Positions 24,901 through 39,260 of a DNA stretch of 64,000 nt are shown one piece after another (position 1 is the stretch's first letter; every line of letters starts with the position of its first letter). The notes under the pieces were generated by a model, which saw only the letters and a program-made list of their open reading frames with translations, searched no databases and was not told the origin of the DNA. Origin of the DNA: Octopus sinensis (Eukaryota). The translations under genes and the position numbers were made by a program. Location of the stretch: the NCBI RefSeq assembly GCF_006345805.1, contig NW_021836133.1, positions 188,148 to 252,147 of the forward strand. Reading direction: 5' to 3'.

Positions 24901-26797
24901 ATGGACGATGTGGATCTGGATGACTTGTCGAAACCTCTGTTGAACACGTCGAGTAGTGGGACCTTCTCGACTACGGAAAGGGACTGGTTGGTAAGCTCAG
25001 TGTACGACTACTACCGAAAGAAAGGAATATGGTGCATAATAGTGGACGAACTATTCAATATAATGTATTAAAGACTAAGTGAATATAGACGAATTGTGTT
25101 TTTGTGTGTGTTTGTAATGTACGTATATAAATGTGTGGACTTTGATTGGTGGAATATGAAAGAAGGGAACATATCAGACATATTCCTACCAGTGGAGTCA
25201 TGTCTAAGAGTGTGTAGTAGAGGGGAAATGTGTATAGTGGTGGGAGTGGGAATATTCAGTGTTGTCAAAATATGTATTCTATTATGGAGACTGCCCCATT
25301 TGTGGAATATGAGGAGATTATTGAAGGATATGTCTATAAATTCAGTAAATGAGTGGATGTGATGGTAGAATGAACTGTACGTGACTGCATGGGAGAGGAT
25401 TGAGAGAGGACTAATAGACAAGGACAGTGGCCTAGATGAATTACGTAAGAATGTAAGTATAATGTAAGTTTGCCACAGCATGATTGTCCGACATACCAAT
25501 TTTATGGTAGGACTAATAAGAGAATTCGAATCTATTCCTTGCTTTACAAAATTGATGGAATTGTACTTGTTTAAGCTCTTATTTCCGTCGTGTGTGCAGG
25601 GGACTGTATTCTCAACAAGGGTGAGTATAGCAGAGATATACCGAGTGGGGGGTCTGAGGGAATATGCGGAGAGAACGTACCCTTCTCTAATATGGTAGAA
25701 TTAGAACACGGTTGGTGGTGATGTGCTTGTTTGGCTTAGTTTTATCCCCATTCTTGTTTGTTGTCCAACTGTTGTATGTGTGCTTCGAATATGCTGAGGT
25801 ATGTCTGTCTGATTAGTTTAGATGATTCGTAGGGCTCCTTCCAGTATATTTCGACACCGCTGGACTCCTATTGCTTACTATTCCCTTCGTAACTACTCTG
25901 AATTGGATCATGAATTGGAGGAAAGACTTGCTTTGGCCTATCCTTTTGCCAATCAGTATATTCAATGTTTTTCTTCCCCATTGGTGGGTGTGTTGGCAAG
26001 ACATGCTACTTATTTTGCGGGGGCTGTCCTTCTCTTGTTTGCTGTACTTACACTCCTTCATGACACTATTCTTCAAGTCCCCAGAATTGTGACTGCTATT
26101 GCCATCACTAGTCTGTCTTTGTTTATTTACATTCCAGCTGCTGTTTATGCCTTTGCTAGTAGTCGACAGGTTGTTTTCTCTCTCCTTATCTTAGTCTACC
26201 ACTACTAATCCACACCACATTATCCCCCATCTGGTAGCACATTTATATCATTTCTCCCCCGACCAACATCAACCACTCCACACTTATCGACATTTTACAC
26301 TCCTCTTTCAATCACATTTAGTTGTACTTATTCAACACTTACAGATTTATTTGATACAACAAGTGGCTGCACCGTTTACTGCTCCCTTATTTCTTTTCTT
26401 CTTTTTTAGACATCAAATACCACGACTTGTACATTTTGTTTGTCAACATACTCTCCGTACACACGCAGGTGGAGATATGCTGGACTATGCTCTCCTTCAT
26501 GTCCCCCCTGACCACACCACTCTTCATGATAAACTCGAAATATCACTTCTTGCATTTTCGGTGCTTTTATTCTTACATTTCAGAGAAACAATCCAAGTTG
26601 GACTCCCCCTTCACAAACTCGAACATTTATCCTACAACACGCTCGTGACAGTTTGCCTTCTTTTTCTATTTTTAGTGCAAGCCTACTTACAGTCCACTGA
26701 GCCCTCTTCACTTCCCCTAAATACTGACTTGGATGGGGTTAACCACGAGTTTCTAACGAGTATTATATATTCCCGCATGAGGAGAGACGCCCAATAA
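24901..26797 (+). CDS. ATG9: Autophagy protein 9 (lipid scramblase), apparently intact, 9 introns of 22-31 nt
   Basis: VYDYYRKKGIWCIIVDELFN, RNYSELDHELEERL..AYPFANQYIQCFSSPL, FAGAVL, LFQ, APFTAPL and KLEISLLAFS/RNNPSW. One open frame is obtained after removing GT-AG introns at 25065-88, 25345-68, 25445-68, 25677-98, 25799-821, 26170-94, 26321-44, 26561-83 and 26645-75. Confidence 0.9.
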
Positions 26798-28859
26798 TAT
26801 ATTTTGTATTTTTTCATTCCCTGTTTGAATAGCAGTAGTACGTAGATAGGGTGACTACACTTCAAGCTTTCGTCAATATGGACATAATTTTTGGAGAGAA
26901 TCAGCACTGCGTTAAACAGTTAGGAACTGGCAGTCAGTTGCTTATATTGAACGGTATTCAGCATGTCGCATAATCTGTTTTAATCTTGAATACAGTCTAC
27001 AACAATCTTGAAAGTTCTTTACTGTATCAGATATTTTTGAGTAGTGCAGTCAAGTGTCATCAACAGGACTTTTACTCGTTCACACCTCAGTTTGAATCGA
27101 ATGTAGTTTTATTAGGATTTCAAACAGAGCTAGTTTTTCTTTTGTTGAGAGAACTATTTCGCAATTGTATAGGATTCTTACGAAAGATAGACATTCTAAA
27201 AACAAATTATTCCTAAAACCTATTATTTTTGAATTTTGGATGCAAAATGGAAAAATTCCAAAGTGAAAGTAAAATAGAGTTAAAAATTAAGTTTTCTTAA
27301 GTTTTTTACTACACGATAATTCAGTGTACAATTATTAATCAAATGTGAAATAAATATTACTAAAAACAGGTTAAAATGAAAAATTTTGTACTATTTTTCC
27401 GACTGAATTATCAACCTTACAGCGTCGGTTAATAAGAGTAAAAATTTTTTCTTTCAGCATTCACAAAACGAATTGTACCGTTTACAATCTAACATACAAC
27501 TCGGCAAAAAATTTAATGCTCTATAATCGCTAAGATAGATGCTATAAGTTATTTTCTCAATAAGAATATTTACAATTTTGTCTTAGCTAGCATCAGTTCC
27601 ATCAATAATTAGAAAAATCTTTTCATTAATTAACAATCCGATTATTTTATTTCACATTTTTCGGTCAAAATTCCGACATTATTTTGACATTTTGATTCTG
27701 AAGGTAACTTGAATTCAATAATTAAAAAAATTATTAAGGCAGAATTAATATAATGTAATATTTCTTAAACATATGCCAAATGAATGGAAAGTCTGCCAAA
27801 TGAAGTATAAATATAAAAAATGTTGGTTCCAAAATAGAGACCAATTCTCAATTCCTCCCAACACAAGGTTCATTGACAGAACTGTGCCAACCGTTGACTA
27901 TATAAGATCATTGTACATACTTGATCTTCTTCTAAAAAACAAAAAACCTGTAAATATTTAATCCAACTGACCAGGTGCTTTGCGTGGGTCCGACCGGGAT
28001 TTCCAAAACCGTGACAATCACGGGAAAATTGACCAAAAATGTTCCAAATGAATATATATCAGAATTCATAATTTTTTCGGCGACATTTAGAAACTCTAAT
28101 TTTACAGAAACAATATTAGGACATGATTAATTATTTTTGTTCAGCAAAATAGAATTTTCCAAAAATGTCACTTATCATTTTTGTCATCAATCTCCAAACC
28201 ACTACAACAATCCAACTCTTCTGAGGTGTTCTGAGCATTTCAATTACAAGCTCACTTCTACTTCCGCAGGCTCAATGTGTTTTAGACTTTGCTAATCTTA
28301 AAGAATTTATTATGTTGACTTTTTCATTCTAACAAATTTTATTTTCATTTCAAAAATGATTTTTCTACTTAGTTTGTCTTCTTGTTACCGATCGGAGGGT
28401 CGAACGCTTGTCGATATTATTGTGGCTCTCTGGTTGACGTAAATCACTAATGTCACTAACAAATCCTTAAATCCGTTACGTGGGAATTGTTTTGCAGTAC
28501 TGTTAACCTAGCTTTACTTAGTTATTTGTATTCGATTTTTAAGAACTTCGCCAAATCTTTTTCCTTTCTATGCTCAGAACAGTTTGAGCTTGTGAGTTTC
28601 CGTTTGCCTCCAAACCTTCGGAATAAACAATGGGCAGCACTCTAAACACCTGTTTCTTTTCTTTTTCCTCTTCTCTTGGCCAGACCTCTCAAAAAGTGCA
28701 ATGGAGCGACATCCTCTGAGTAATAAAAGACTCAATCAACGAGCATCAAGAGATAATATAGATTGCAGTCAGCATGGCATCTGACTTAAGAGACGAATCA
28801 TTTTTTTGATATTAAAAAAGTTTTTACTGGTTTTTAAAAACGAATAGTGTGCTCAGGAC

Positions 28860-29350
28860 GCCGAAATGAACATTTAATCCTAATGTTTCTCTTTGTAATA
28901 TATGTGGCGAGAGTAAAATCATGCTAAATTTCATAAATGTTGATCACTGTCAAATCAAAAATTAACGACTATTTATTATAAACATACTCCCCACTTTATT
29001 AAACGTTTACAAAATTGATAGAAAATTTTGAAACAATAGTTACATTTTACCAGTATGAATATTCAAACTTTTGTAAATAGAAAAAAGTAATCGTCACATA
29101 ATATCTCTAAATAAGAAGCTTCTTGCTAATTATAAAATAAATACAATAAACTCCGTGATGATCTGATTAAATCTTTCGACAATTCCCTGACTCTTTGGAT
29201 TGTTTAGTCTCATATGTATTTGAGTAATGCAGAACTTGTCACAGACTTTGTCATATAAGAGTTCTTTGATTCAGATAAAAATTTATCAAAATTGTTTTAA
29301 CTTTTACTCCAGCTTTTATTTTTCCTATTCTTCTAAAAGCATGATTAGAA
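28860..29350 (-). mobile_element. Ginger-like integrase remnant within the 2.3-kb insert in the dynein
   Basis: VCDKFCITQIHMRLNNPKSQGIVERFNQII. Confidence 0.6.
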
Positions 29351-30879
29351 TAAATGTCTATTACAAACATTAATCAAGAAAAATGACTTTTCACATTTAA
29401 ATCTACAAAATAAGCTAATTTTATGACTTTTGAAAAATCTTAACCTAATCTACCCAAATCAGGTCCTTTGGCCTTTCTAACATCCATTCGTTTATCATGA
29501 GCTGGTTTGAATAATGAGGGTTTATTGAGTCCATTTCAATGTCTTGTGAATCTGTATTCTGATCCATCATCCGATTAATGCGACATTTCATGTCAAAACG
29601 GCTAAGAGATATTCTCGGGTGACTAACTCTTTTCTATCTTTTAAAAAAGCATTTCTTCTTTTTTCTTGGTCTTCTATTAGCTTTCCGGTGTATTTGTATT
29701 TTGAAAAACGGGGATGTCAAATTCAGGAGATAGTTCAGTCCCGCCTGATTACATTTTAATTTGGGATAAATGTTTTTATTAGATATATTATATGTAAAAA
29801 AAAATAATGATTTTTTAAATATTCAAAAAGTGTGTTGGATTTTTCCGACAGATAGTCGACATTATACTTAATCTTAACATATAATCACATATAATACATT
29901 TCCATCATTCAAAATAATTTTTGCAAAATATTGTTTAACTCCGTGGTCATTCCTGCAACATTAAGTTCCCCCAAATAAGTCAATTTGACAAGCCACTGTT
30001 CCACCAAGAACCTAATCTATCCAAATCAGACATGTGTGGTTGCCTCGGAAGTTAATTGGTCTCGTCTGATTATTTCAAATAAAATTCCGTAGAATTCTCC
30101 CGTCATTATTTGTCTGTCGGAAATTTCTAAATTCATTCTTCTAAACTCAGAAATCATTGGTTCATTCTCCGTCAAATTTAATTCGATTTATGCTTATTTT
30201 AAATCAACAAAATACACAAAGTTTACCTTTTTAGTTCTGTCATTACCTCGCAGTGCAACTGTTCAAAACTTGAAACTCTATCCAAAAGTGAATTAAAACG
30301 ACATTTCAGATCATTTAGAAGTCTTTCACTGCATTCGGACTGTTCTTTAAGGTTTTCGACGAGGTTTTAAAATTTGTTGGACCCGGACAGACGGAAGTGA
30401 ATCTACGGCCCTTATCTGGGAAAAAACGAATATTTTTTATTGATGATTTGAATATACCAGCACCAGAGATCTGGAGAGCTCAAACTCCAATCGAATTAAT
30501 TCGGCAGTGTCTCGGAAACGGAGGTTGGTACAACAGGAAAATGATTGGTTCGGTCATTTATGTCTATTTTGTGTAGAAGACTTTTGCAAACTGATTGACA
30601 TTAATTTCTGTTGTACAATGGGTCCTCATGGTGGGGGTAGAAACGCGGTGATGCAGGAGTTTTTGAGATACTTCAGCATGGTCTCCTTTGTGGAAATGAG
30701 TGACACAAGCATCCGCCACATATTCGACACAATCATACGCACGTGGCCAGGTTAAGAAGTAAAGATGAATAATTCAGATGGGCATAAATCGATTTTGGGA
30801 CACGTAGATCAGATTGTTATGGCATATACCAAAATGTCCTCAAATTTTTCCTTCCGACTCCGAACAAGACTCTTTACAA

Positions 30880-32752
30880 CAGAGGTGTCAATTTCGCTTC
30901 GAGGGCCACATTTATAAAATTTCTCATTAAGGGAAGATTAATTCTGATATTTATTATCATGAATAACTAAAATAAAAGAAACTAAATTATTCAATCATCG
31001 CCCTTTAATTTTGGTGAAAGCTGCTTCCAGAGGATGACATCTTTTTTTTAGATAGAATTTTTGATATGTCAGGCTGAGCTATTCATTTAGTTCCGACTTT
31101 TATTAAAGAAGATAAATGTTCATCATTTAATCTTGTTCTTTGAGCAGTTTTTGTCAATTTCATAAAAGAAAAAAAGCTGTTCACACAAATATGTCGAACC
31201 AAACATAGCAATGATTTTTGTCGCAAACTTTTTAAAGTTTTTAAACTTTCCAGAAAGATATGAAAAGAAAGCAGGTATTCCAGCCTCCAAATATTTAGCT
31301 TTAAGTATAAAATCTGATTCCAAAAGTTCCATTTGTAAACTTTCATCTGCATTGGAAGCATTAAAAGAGAATGGTGATGCGATTAATGAAAATTGTTGTT
31401 CAAAAGACAAAAGATCATTAAATCTTTCTTGAAATTCCTTTAACAACGATTCTAGTTGTTTTTCATACTGAGAAAAATTTATTACTTGATCCAAGATTGA
31501 CTTTTCATTTCGTCTGTGTTTTGCCCTTTCATCTCCATAAATAAAATTATTTCCGATCTCAACGAAGAAAATCTTTTAACAACTTTTTGAAGTGATAACC
31601 AGCGGACTGGAGTATAAAACGAAATGTCGCTGAACTGATTATAAATATCTGTCAGCAGTTTACTAAACTGCCGGTGGTTGAGGGGATGACCTCTGATATA
31701 GTTTACTGTTTTTGTGACCAAACTAATGGTATTTTCCACTTTTAATATTTTTGAACACAAATATTGCTGATGAATAATACAATAAAAATGAGCAAATGAT
31801 GACCCGGGATTTACCTTTTCTATTTCAGCTCGCAATTTGGCGGCAACGCCAGAATGTCGTCCAACCATATTCGGAGCACCATCAGTGCATAAACATACAA
31901 GCTTTTTCAAATCAAACCCATATTCAAAGAGAATTTGTAGTAGTTTTATAAAGATATCTTTACTTGTAGTAGTATCGTGCATTGGTACCAGTTCGAGAAA
32001 TTCTTCATTAATATTAAAATCTGAATCACAGACTCTAACAAAGATTGCTAATTGTGCAAATCCAACGACGTCGACTGTTTCATCGATTGCAACTGAAAAA
32101 TATTCGAATTTTTACAAATCAGACTTTAATTGGTGTTTCAAATTCAATGCCATTTCATTAATGTGTTCGGCAACAGTATTTCTTGTTAATGAAATATCTT
32201 TAAACAAGTGGGCGTCGTCTGAACAAATAATATTCGCTGTTTTTTGAAGGCATTGCTTGATGAAATTACCATCACAATATGATTTTCCATTTACTGCAAG
32301 CATTCTGCTGATTTCATAGCTTGTAGTGACTAATGCAGTACTTCGATTATGACTTTTTGTGAAATGAGTCTGTAACGCAGATAAATTTTTTCGCAATTCA
32401 TTTGAAACATGCATTGGACCTTCTTGGTTAATAAGCAGCCTTCGAAATAATTGTATGATAGATGATTAGATTGATAATGCCTCTTTAGGTTGTGTTCTTT
32501 CGGTATAGCGATAAAATTGTTACATATCAAACAATGTCCATCAACCTTTGTGTAAAAATAGAAAAGTTCTCATTTATCTAGAAACACTCTCCGTTCATCT
32601 TTCAAGCATCGTTTCTTTATTATTGCAGAAAAAGCACGTGACATTAACAAACACGATTTAAAAATACAATTAAAAAGTTTAATTAAATGTAACAAAAATA
32701 AAAAAAATAATTTTTTGTAGATTTTTTGTAGACCGCATGTTTGACACCCCTG
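30880..32752 (-). mobile_element. hAT (GTF2IRD2/SPIN-Buster-like) element inserted in the dynein
   Basis: Ends cagaggtgtcaa / ttgacacccctg and a degenerate 8-bp TSD ctttacaa vs cactacac. CTDGAPNM, HCIIHQ-like, VRWLS and FGSTYLCEQLF motifs. Dynein PTPNKT/HYTFN is rejoined on removal. Confidence 0.92.
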
Positions 32753-35700
32753 CACTACACGTTCAACATGGAAGCTAATCTAAAGGAGACTCAGATTGTG
32801 TTTCTCTTCAATGACACACAGGTTGGGACTTGAAGAGACCTCAATGGCAGATCAAAGACGAAGGATTCCTAGAGAGCCTCAACAACATTTTAAATTCAAG
32901 AGATGTTCAAAATCTTTACGGAAATGAAGAATTGGACAAAATATATCAGCAAATGCAGCCAATTTGTAGTGAGATGGGGATGCAGCCTACCAAGACAAAT
33001 TTATACTTGATATACACCAAGAGAGTGAGAACTAATCTGCACACAGTGGTTACCAATCAGTGGCGGAAAGGTTCTTGACAGATTTCCCTGAATTGGAAGA
33101 CGACCAAGAAACAATCTCAGAAATAGTAAAGACTGAATAAAATAATCATCGATTAAATCCTGTCGACTTATCTACCAAAATGTGATCGAACTGTCCAACA
33201 AATTCCTGATTGAAATGAACTGTCATAACTACGTGACTTCTACTAGATATCTCGAATTGACTTCATCTTTTTCTTACCTGCTCAGAATCATGAGATCTCA
33301 AGTCGTATCTGTCAAAAACAGACTAAAAACGGGAACAAGTCTATAAAGTAGTAGAAGAAACAAGAGCTCATGTTAAGAAGGAAGAAACTGATGCATGTGC
33401 AAAGGCAGAAAAGTGCCAGAACATCGCTGACTATGCCCAACGAGACCTGAGTGAAGCCCTTCCCATACTGATTGGGCAATACGTCTTAGATTAGAGTGCC
33501 GCCTTATTGAGTCTCAAGTCCTTCAACAAGAATGACGTATTCGAAGTAAAGGCTATGTCCTGTCCTCCCGATGGGGTCAAACTTGTGATGGAGACTGTGT
33601 GCATTATGAAGGGGGTCAAGCCCAAAAAAGTCCCCACCGACATTCCCGAAGTCAAGGTCGACGATTTTTGAGACCCCGGAAAGACCCTTTCCAAAAACCT
33701 CAAAAATTTATCGACTCTCTTTTCACCTACGACAAGGACAACACCCCCGAAGACATCATAAGGAAGATACGTCCTTACATCGATGGGTACGGGAACTCGG
33801 CAGCAAGAAATCCCGGTGCAACAGACTGTCGAGACTTTGGAATACACGTTACAAAATTTTGTGGGGGATATTTTCATAGCTGCCGTGTCGATTGCCTATT
33901 TGGGACCATTCACGGTATAAAATTTAGATAATTTTATTAAAGTATAAATATCGGGCTATTCTATACGAGAAATGTCTAAAAGTCCTTGCTGAGTGGAAGG
34001 TCCCTATTACTGACCACCTGAAGATCGTGAGATCTGTGGGGACCCAATAATAATACAGAATTAGCAAATTACCGGACTGCCTAAAGACAACTTTTCGGTA
34101 GAAAATGCACTCATCGCCAATAACTCAAAACGGTAGCCACTATTTATTAACTCATGGATTGAAACGCTGGAGAAGAACTCGACCCAGTCCTTGACTCTCT
34201 GCTTCTGAGACAAGTAAAATAACCTGAACGATTGAAGACCTTCAAACAATCGGGGACCACTGTAATCAGATTGGGGGACACAGTCATCCCCTACCACGCC
34301 GACTTTCGGTTTTATATCACCACCAAAATGTCGAATCCACATTACATGCCAGAAATAAGTGTGAAAGTGGTTTTGATCAATTTTACTCTCAGTCCTCGGT
34401 ATAAAAGTCATTTTCAGTTTTAGAGGTCTCGAGGATCAGTTATTGGGGATTGTCGTGGCGGAGGAACGTTCTGATCTTGAAGAGGCCAAGAACCAGTTGA
34501 TTGTCAATAATGCTCGAATGAGGCATATAAATACAAATCAATATTCAAATAGGAACGAATTGAAGGAATTGGAGGACAAAATTCTTGTTCGACTCAGTGC
34601 ATCGGAAGGCAACCCCGTGGATGACATTGACCTAATAAAAATGCTGGCATGCGGGTAGCTATGAATACTCAAGTACTGTTTTTTTTCGTAGTGGATTTGG
34701 CTAAGATTGACCCAATGTATCAATACTCGTTGGAGTGGTTCGGAAAAATATTTCTCAACAGTATTGCCAACGCAAAAAACTCAGGTCATCTCAAAAAGCA
34801 GGAACTAAATTGTAGATGATCTGAAAGAGAGAATAACTTTCATAAACGAATATTTTACTTTCAATTTGTACTCCAATGTGTGTCGATCGCTCTTTGAACG
34901 TAACAAACTCTTGTTTGTATTCCTCTTTTGTGTGCGAATCAAACAGAACTTTGGAGAAATAAAGGCAGTTTTTAAAATTCAACGAGTGTTTAGAACGAGT
35001 GAAGATATCTCCTGTTGAGCTCATTCGAAAAGACCATTCAAAAACCGAACCCCGCTCCAGACTGGCTCTCAGACAGAAATTGGAAGGAATTGGAGGGACT
35101 GGCCTTACTGGACTCATTTAAAGGAATAGTCGCACACTTTATTGACAATTTTTGCAAATATAAACATATGTTTGATAGTTCAGATCCCCACAAGTACATC
35201 TTATAGTTTTATTAACAACCATCCACTGCCAGCTCTCTGAGAATGATTGTCCTCAAATGTCTTCGGTCTGATAAAATAACCCCGAATATGCAGCAATACG
35301 TCTCCAACAACCTTGGAAGCCATTTCATCGAGCCTCAGGTGAATTTGGGTGATGGAGACGGTTTAGACTACTCACCTTAGTCTAGTCTTCAAGGACTCAT
35401 CTCCCTTCGTTCTTTTCGTCTTCATTATTTCTGCTGGAACTTACCCTGCGGCGGATTTATACAAATTCGCGCAGGAAATGCGCTTTTTTAAAAAACTTTT
35501 GTCAATTTCTTTTGGACAAGGACAAGGCCCCAGGGCTGAAGAGATTATGAGAGAAGAAATTGAGCACTGGTTAGCTTGTTTTATGGAGTCATCTTGAAGA
35601 GGAGGAAATTTGGGTCCCTGGGATTTAATATTCCTTACGAATTCACAGACGGAGACTTGCGGATATGTATTAGTCAGTTGAAAATATTTTTAATGGAAAG

Positions 35701-38700
35701 TAAAAAAGTTTTAAGCCATATTTATATAAAAACACGTCTTAAAGTACACTGCTGGGAGATAAACTACGGCGGACGACTCACCGACGACTGGGACAGAAGG
35801 ACAGTCGCCTACATGCTGGAGGATTTTTACAGCGACCGTGTCCTTGAAGAGAAATACACTTTTTCCAAAACAGGAGTATTTTTCCAACTTCATCCTTCGA
35901 CGGACCACAGAGTTATGTTACTGATTTTAGTTGCCAGGGGTATTTGACCTATATAAGAGACCTGCCTATCAATGATAGCCCGGAGATATTCAGACTGCAC
36001 GAGAATCCAGATATAACTTTCGCTCAAAACCAAAGTGCCAGAATACCAGAAGACTCGTCTGAAATGTCTGTTTATTAGTTTATGATTGAGATTGTGGACA
36101 AACTTGTCAGAGATATCTTCCCCATTCTTTCCCTCGAATTCAGCATAGTGGAAATATCTTTAAAGTATCCCGTCCTTTACGAAGAGTCAATGAACACTTC
36201 CCTCATCCAAGAAGCCATAGTGGATAATATTATATGTCAGTTAGAATCGTCTTCTTGGTGTCATTAGAAGGTGTTTGGAAAACTTACTCAAGGCCGTCAA
36301 AGGACTGGTTGTCATTTCCCAGGAGTTGAAGGACATGGCACAAAGTTTGTACACCAATAGTGGGAAATTGTGTATTCTCTGTTTTTTTAGTTTTTAGGGA
36401 TATCCCTCACTCAAATCACTCTCTGCCTGGATGATGGACTTGGTGGACTGGACGAGATTCATTGGCGATTGGATAAATGGCGGAATTCCCAAGGTCTCAT
36501 AAAGGCAATATGCTTAAGTTAGTTAACTTTTTTTTTTAACAAGTCAAAATTGTTTTAATCAATTATTTTAGAATGACCCTAGGATAGCGTGTGAATTTCC
36601 GCGGACAATTGCACACGAAATCCTCTGGAAGAGCCACGACGTCTCCCGCGGATCATATGCTTAAGTGTTTTGGATTTCGGGTTTTTTTTCCGCAGGCTTT
36701 TTTGACGAGAACTCTCTAAAACTATGCTCGAAAGCACGTGATTTTAATTGATAAAATAAGTTTCTCTGTTAAAGTATGGCCGTAAGCACAGTGTAGGTGT
36801 TGGAAGGAGAGGATATATCCAGTCCTCCTTTGAGTGGGTGTTACATTACGGGTTTGTTTATGGAGGGGGGTCAATGAGACGGGGGAGGTCGGGTGGAGTC
36901 GAGAGCGAAGGAACTGTATATGGAAATGCCTCCAATCTGGCTGATTCCGACAGAAAATTAAAATTATGACGATTCCTTGTACGTATGTCCAGTTTATAAG
37001 ACACTGACGAGAGCTGGTGAGTCATGTGGTGGAGGAATGTGTAGGAACTCTGTCCACCACGGGACATTCCACAAACTTTGTTTTCTCGATAGATCTATGT
37101 AGTTGGGGAAAGCCAGATTACTTGATAAAACGGGGAGTGGCCATGATATGCGCTCTGAACTATTAACATTTGATTTATCACTAATTTTATTATTTGGATT
37201 TGCTCACACTTTCTATTGCATAGTTAAGACCACTTAGTGGTAGTAACTAGGTGTGTCCATTTGATGCCAAATACGCTTGGTTTGTCTAAATAGACAAAGT
37301 TTTTTGAAATAATAAAAAATGTAATAACTATTAGGCAACAACGATTATGTAATAGCATTTTTTGAGTTTATTCCTATAATCTGTTTATATATTTTTTTTA
37401 ATTTCTCAACACTGTAATTTTATTTTGCATCATTATTGTCATCCAGAGTGTCAGAACATTTAACAAGAGAATATAATCTAAATATTTATTTTATTTGATT
37501 TGACATTTCTCTTATTTGTTACTCACAATTTGAATGTCCACTGGTTGGTCTTCGATGTCTTTTTCCACAAATGATGACATTTCTGGGCTGACCAATGCAA
37601 AGAGACTGCTTAGAGAAGCGTTCAATTTTACTTCAAAGTCAATTTACAAATGTAACAAGATGACACAGAGCCATTTTACGTGTTTTGAAGTCCATTTCGA
37701 CTAATCTGCCAGCACCAAGCACACTTCAGGGTCTTTTTCGATAATTGGGATGTTTGGTTCTAACAGATTGGAGGAAATGGACTCCGGAAGGGAATAAAAT
37801 TCATTGGATATCCATTATATGAATCATACGCGTTTCTGTGTATGGAATTTGTTATATTCTCACCATTAAAATATGTTTATATCACTGATACAGTGTGATT
37901 GTAGTTATTCGACATTCTTTTAGTTTTTTTAATAATTGTGAATGTTTGGTCCTAACAGATTGGCATATAACAGCCACTTATTTTCAAACATTCGCCACCC
38001 AGTCAAGTAGCCCCGGGTGATTCCAAGGGGAGTCAGCTGCTGGTCCAAAAGTAATTGTCATGAATACATCACGACAATACTTTTTCAGTACTCATTTCAA
38101 TACTGTTGAATATTCAGTTTACTTCGATGACTCTTGTGGAGATTATCCCTTAGACTTTTGTTTGGGTCTGGTCAAAAATGAGGAAATATAAGTCTAAAAA
38201 TGTGATTTGATAAATATGATCCTACTTTTAACTACGGATATAAGATCATCAAGTGTTGCCCCGACTTTTATCATTATTCGGAAGAGCGAGATTTTTTTGA
38301 GCTTTATAAAACCGAATTCGTCGGAAAGAACTGCAAGATTGCCGTCAGCAATTATATTTGTGCTAATTTATAAATAAAGTTTAAAATAACATTCAAGCTG
38401 ATATTGTATAAGATAGGAAAGCGGAGCTTATATTCTTTAAGAAGCTTGTATGGGTCCATTCTTAGCGATTTCAACTGCAAAAGTAACGCTAATTTAGACT
38501 ATATATCCCGTTTTGAAAAACCTTGAAATTTGCACTATTTTTATAGGTTTTTTTTTATCTCTTTGTCGATTACAATTGAATTTAAAATTGTTTGTCAACA
38601 TGAGTCAACATAGTATTTGATGAGGTTTGTTGTCTGAGTTGGTAGTATTTACAGCTGTTTGGAGATCCTCACACCAGGTTGCAAGGAGTATGTACAATAA

Positions 38701-39260
38701 TAAGTTTTTTAAAATTAATATCTTTTTTTGAGGCAACTACACTATTGACCCGTCTTGGCTCGACATTTTATCGCGTCGTATTTTATTAAGGCACGCTACT
38801 TACGACTTAGACTAAACACAGAATTCACTCGCACTAAAAAAATGTAACCTAGCTTAGTCTTCTGAATACTTTTTGTCAAGTCCCTGACTTTTTCCGTCCT
38901 TTTTATACGGGGTTTCCCTCTCTAATATTTGCAGAATGTTTCTGTAGCGGATATTAGTCATGAAGGACATTTCGGGAATTTCCGACCCCATAAATAATAT
39001 ATTAAGTACTATGGACAATAAAAGTCAATTAATTATTTATCTTAGTTAATTGTTTATATAATGAATAATTTTATAAAATAAATAAAAAAACATTTAAATT
39101 CGTGAGTAAGTATGTAGTATGTTGTGGGTAATCATCTGTAGACGTACAGATACAAAGGAATCATTTGATTTATGCTGCTGACATATTTGTGGACATTGAG
39201 AGCCAAGAATGAAAAATTTTGAGGAGAGATTTTCTTGATTGTAAATAATAATGCGTAATA

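Larger units (their letters stand above)
27773..37166 (+). pseudogene. DNAH1: Axonemal inner-arm dynein heavy chain (DNAH1-like), AAA3 to C-terminus only, with stops, large deletions and TE insertions
   Basis: VLCVGPTGISKT, IFFIDDLN, CTMGPHGGGRNAV, PTPNKTHYTFN, stalk VKLVMETVCIMKGVKPKK, AYLGPFT, NPHYMPE..INFTLSPRGLEDQLLG, IDPMYQYSLEWF, RRKFGSLGFNIPYEFTDGDLRICISQL and terminal IKRGVAMICALNY*. Confidence 0.92.

Noticed and set aside
25620-25700. Apparent premature stops in ATG9 suggesting a pseudogene or readthrough
   Set aside because: Resolved by a 22-nt GT-AG intron (25677-25698) that gives a better match to ATG9.
37170-39260. Possible coding fragments and a hAT-like LKEYKLRFPIL motif
   Set aside because: Too decayed to assign; no consistent frame or termini.
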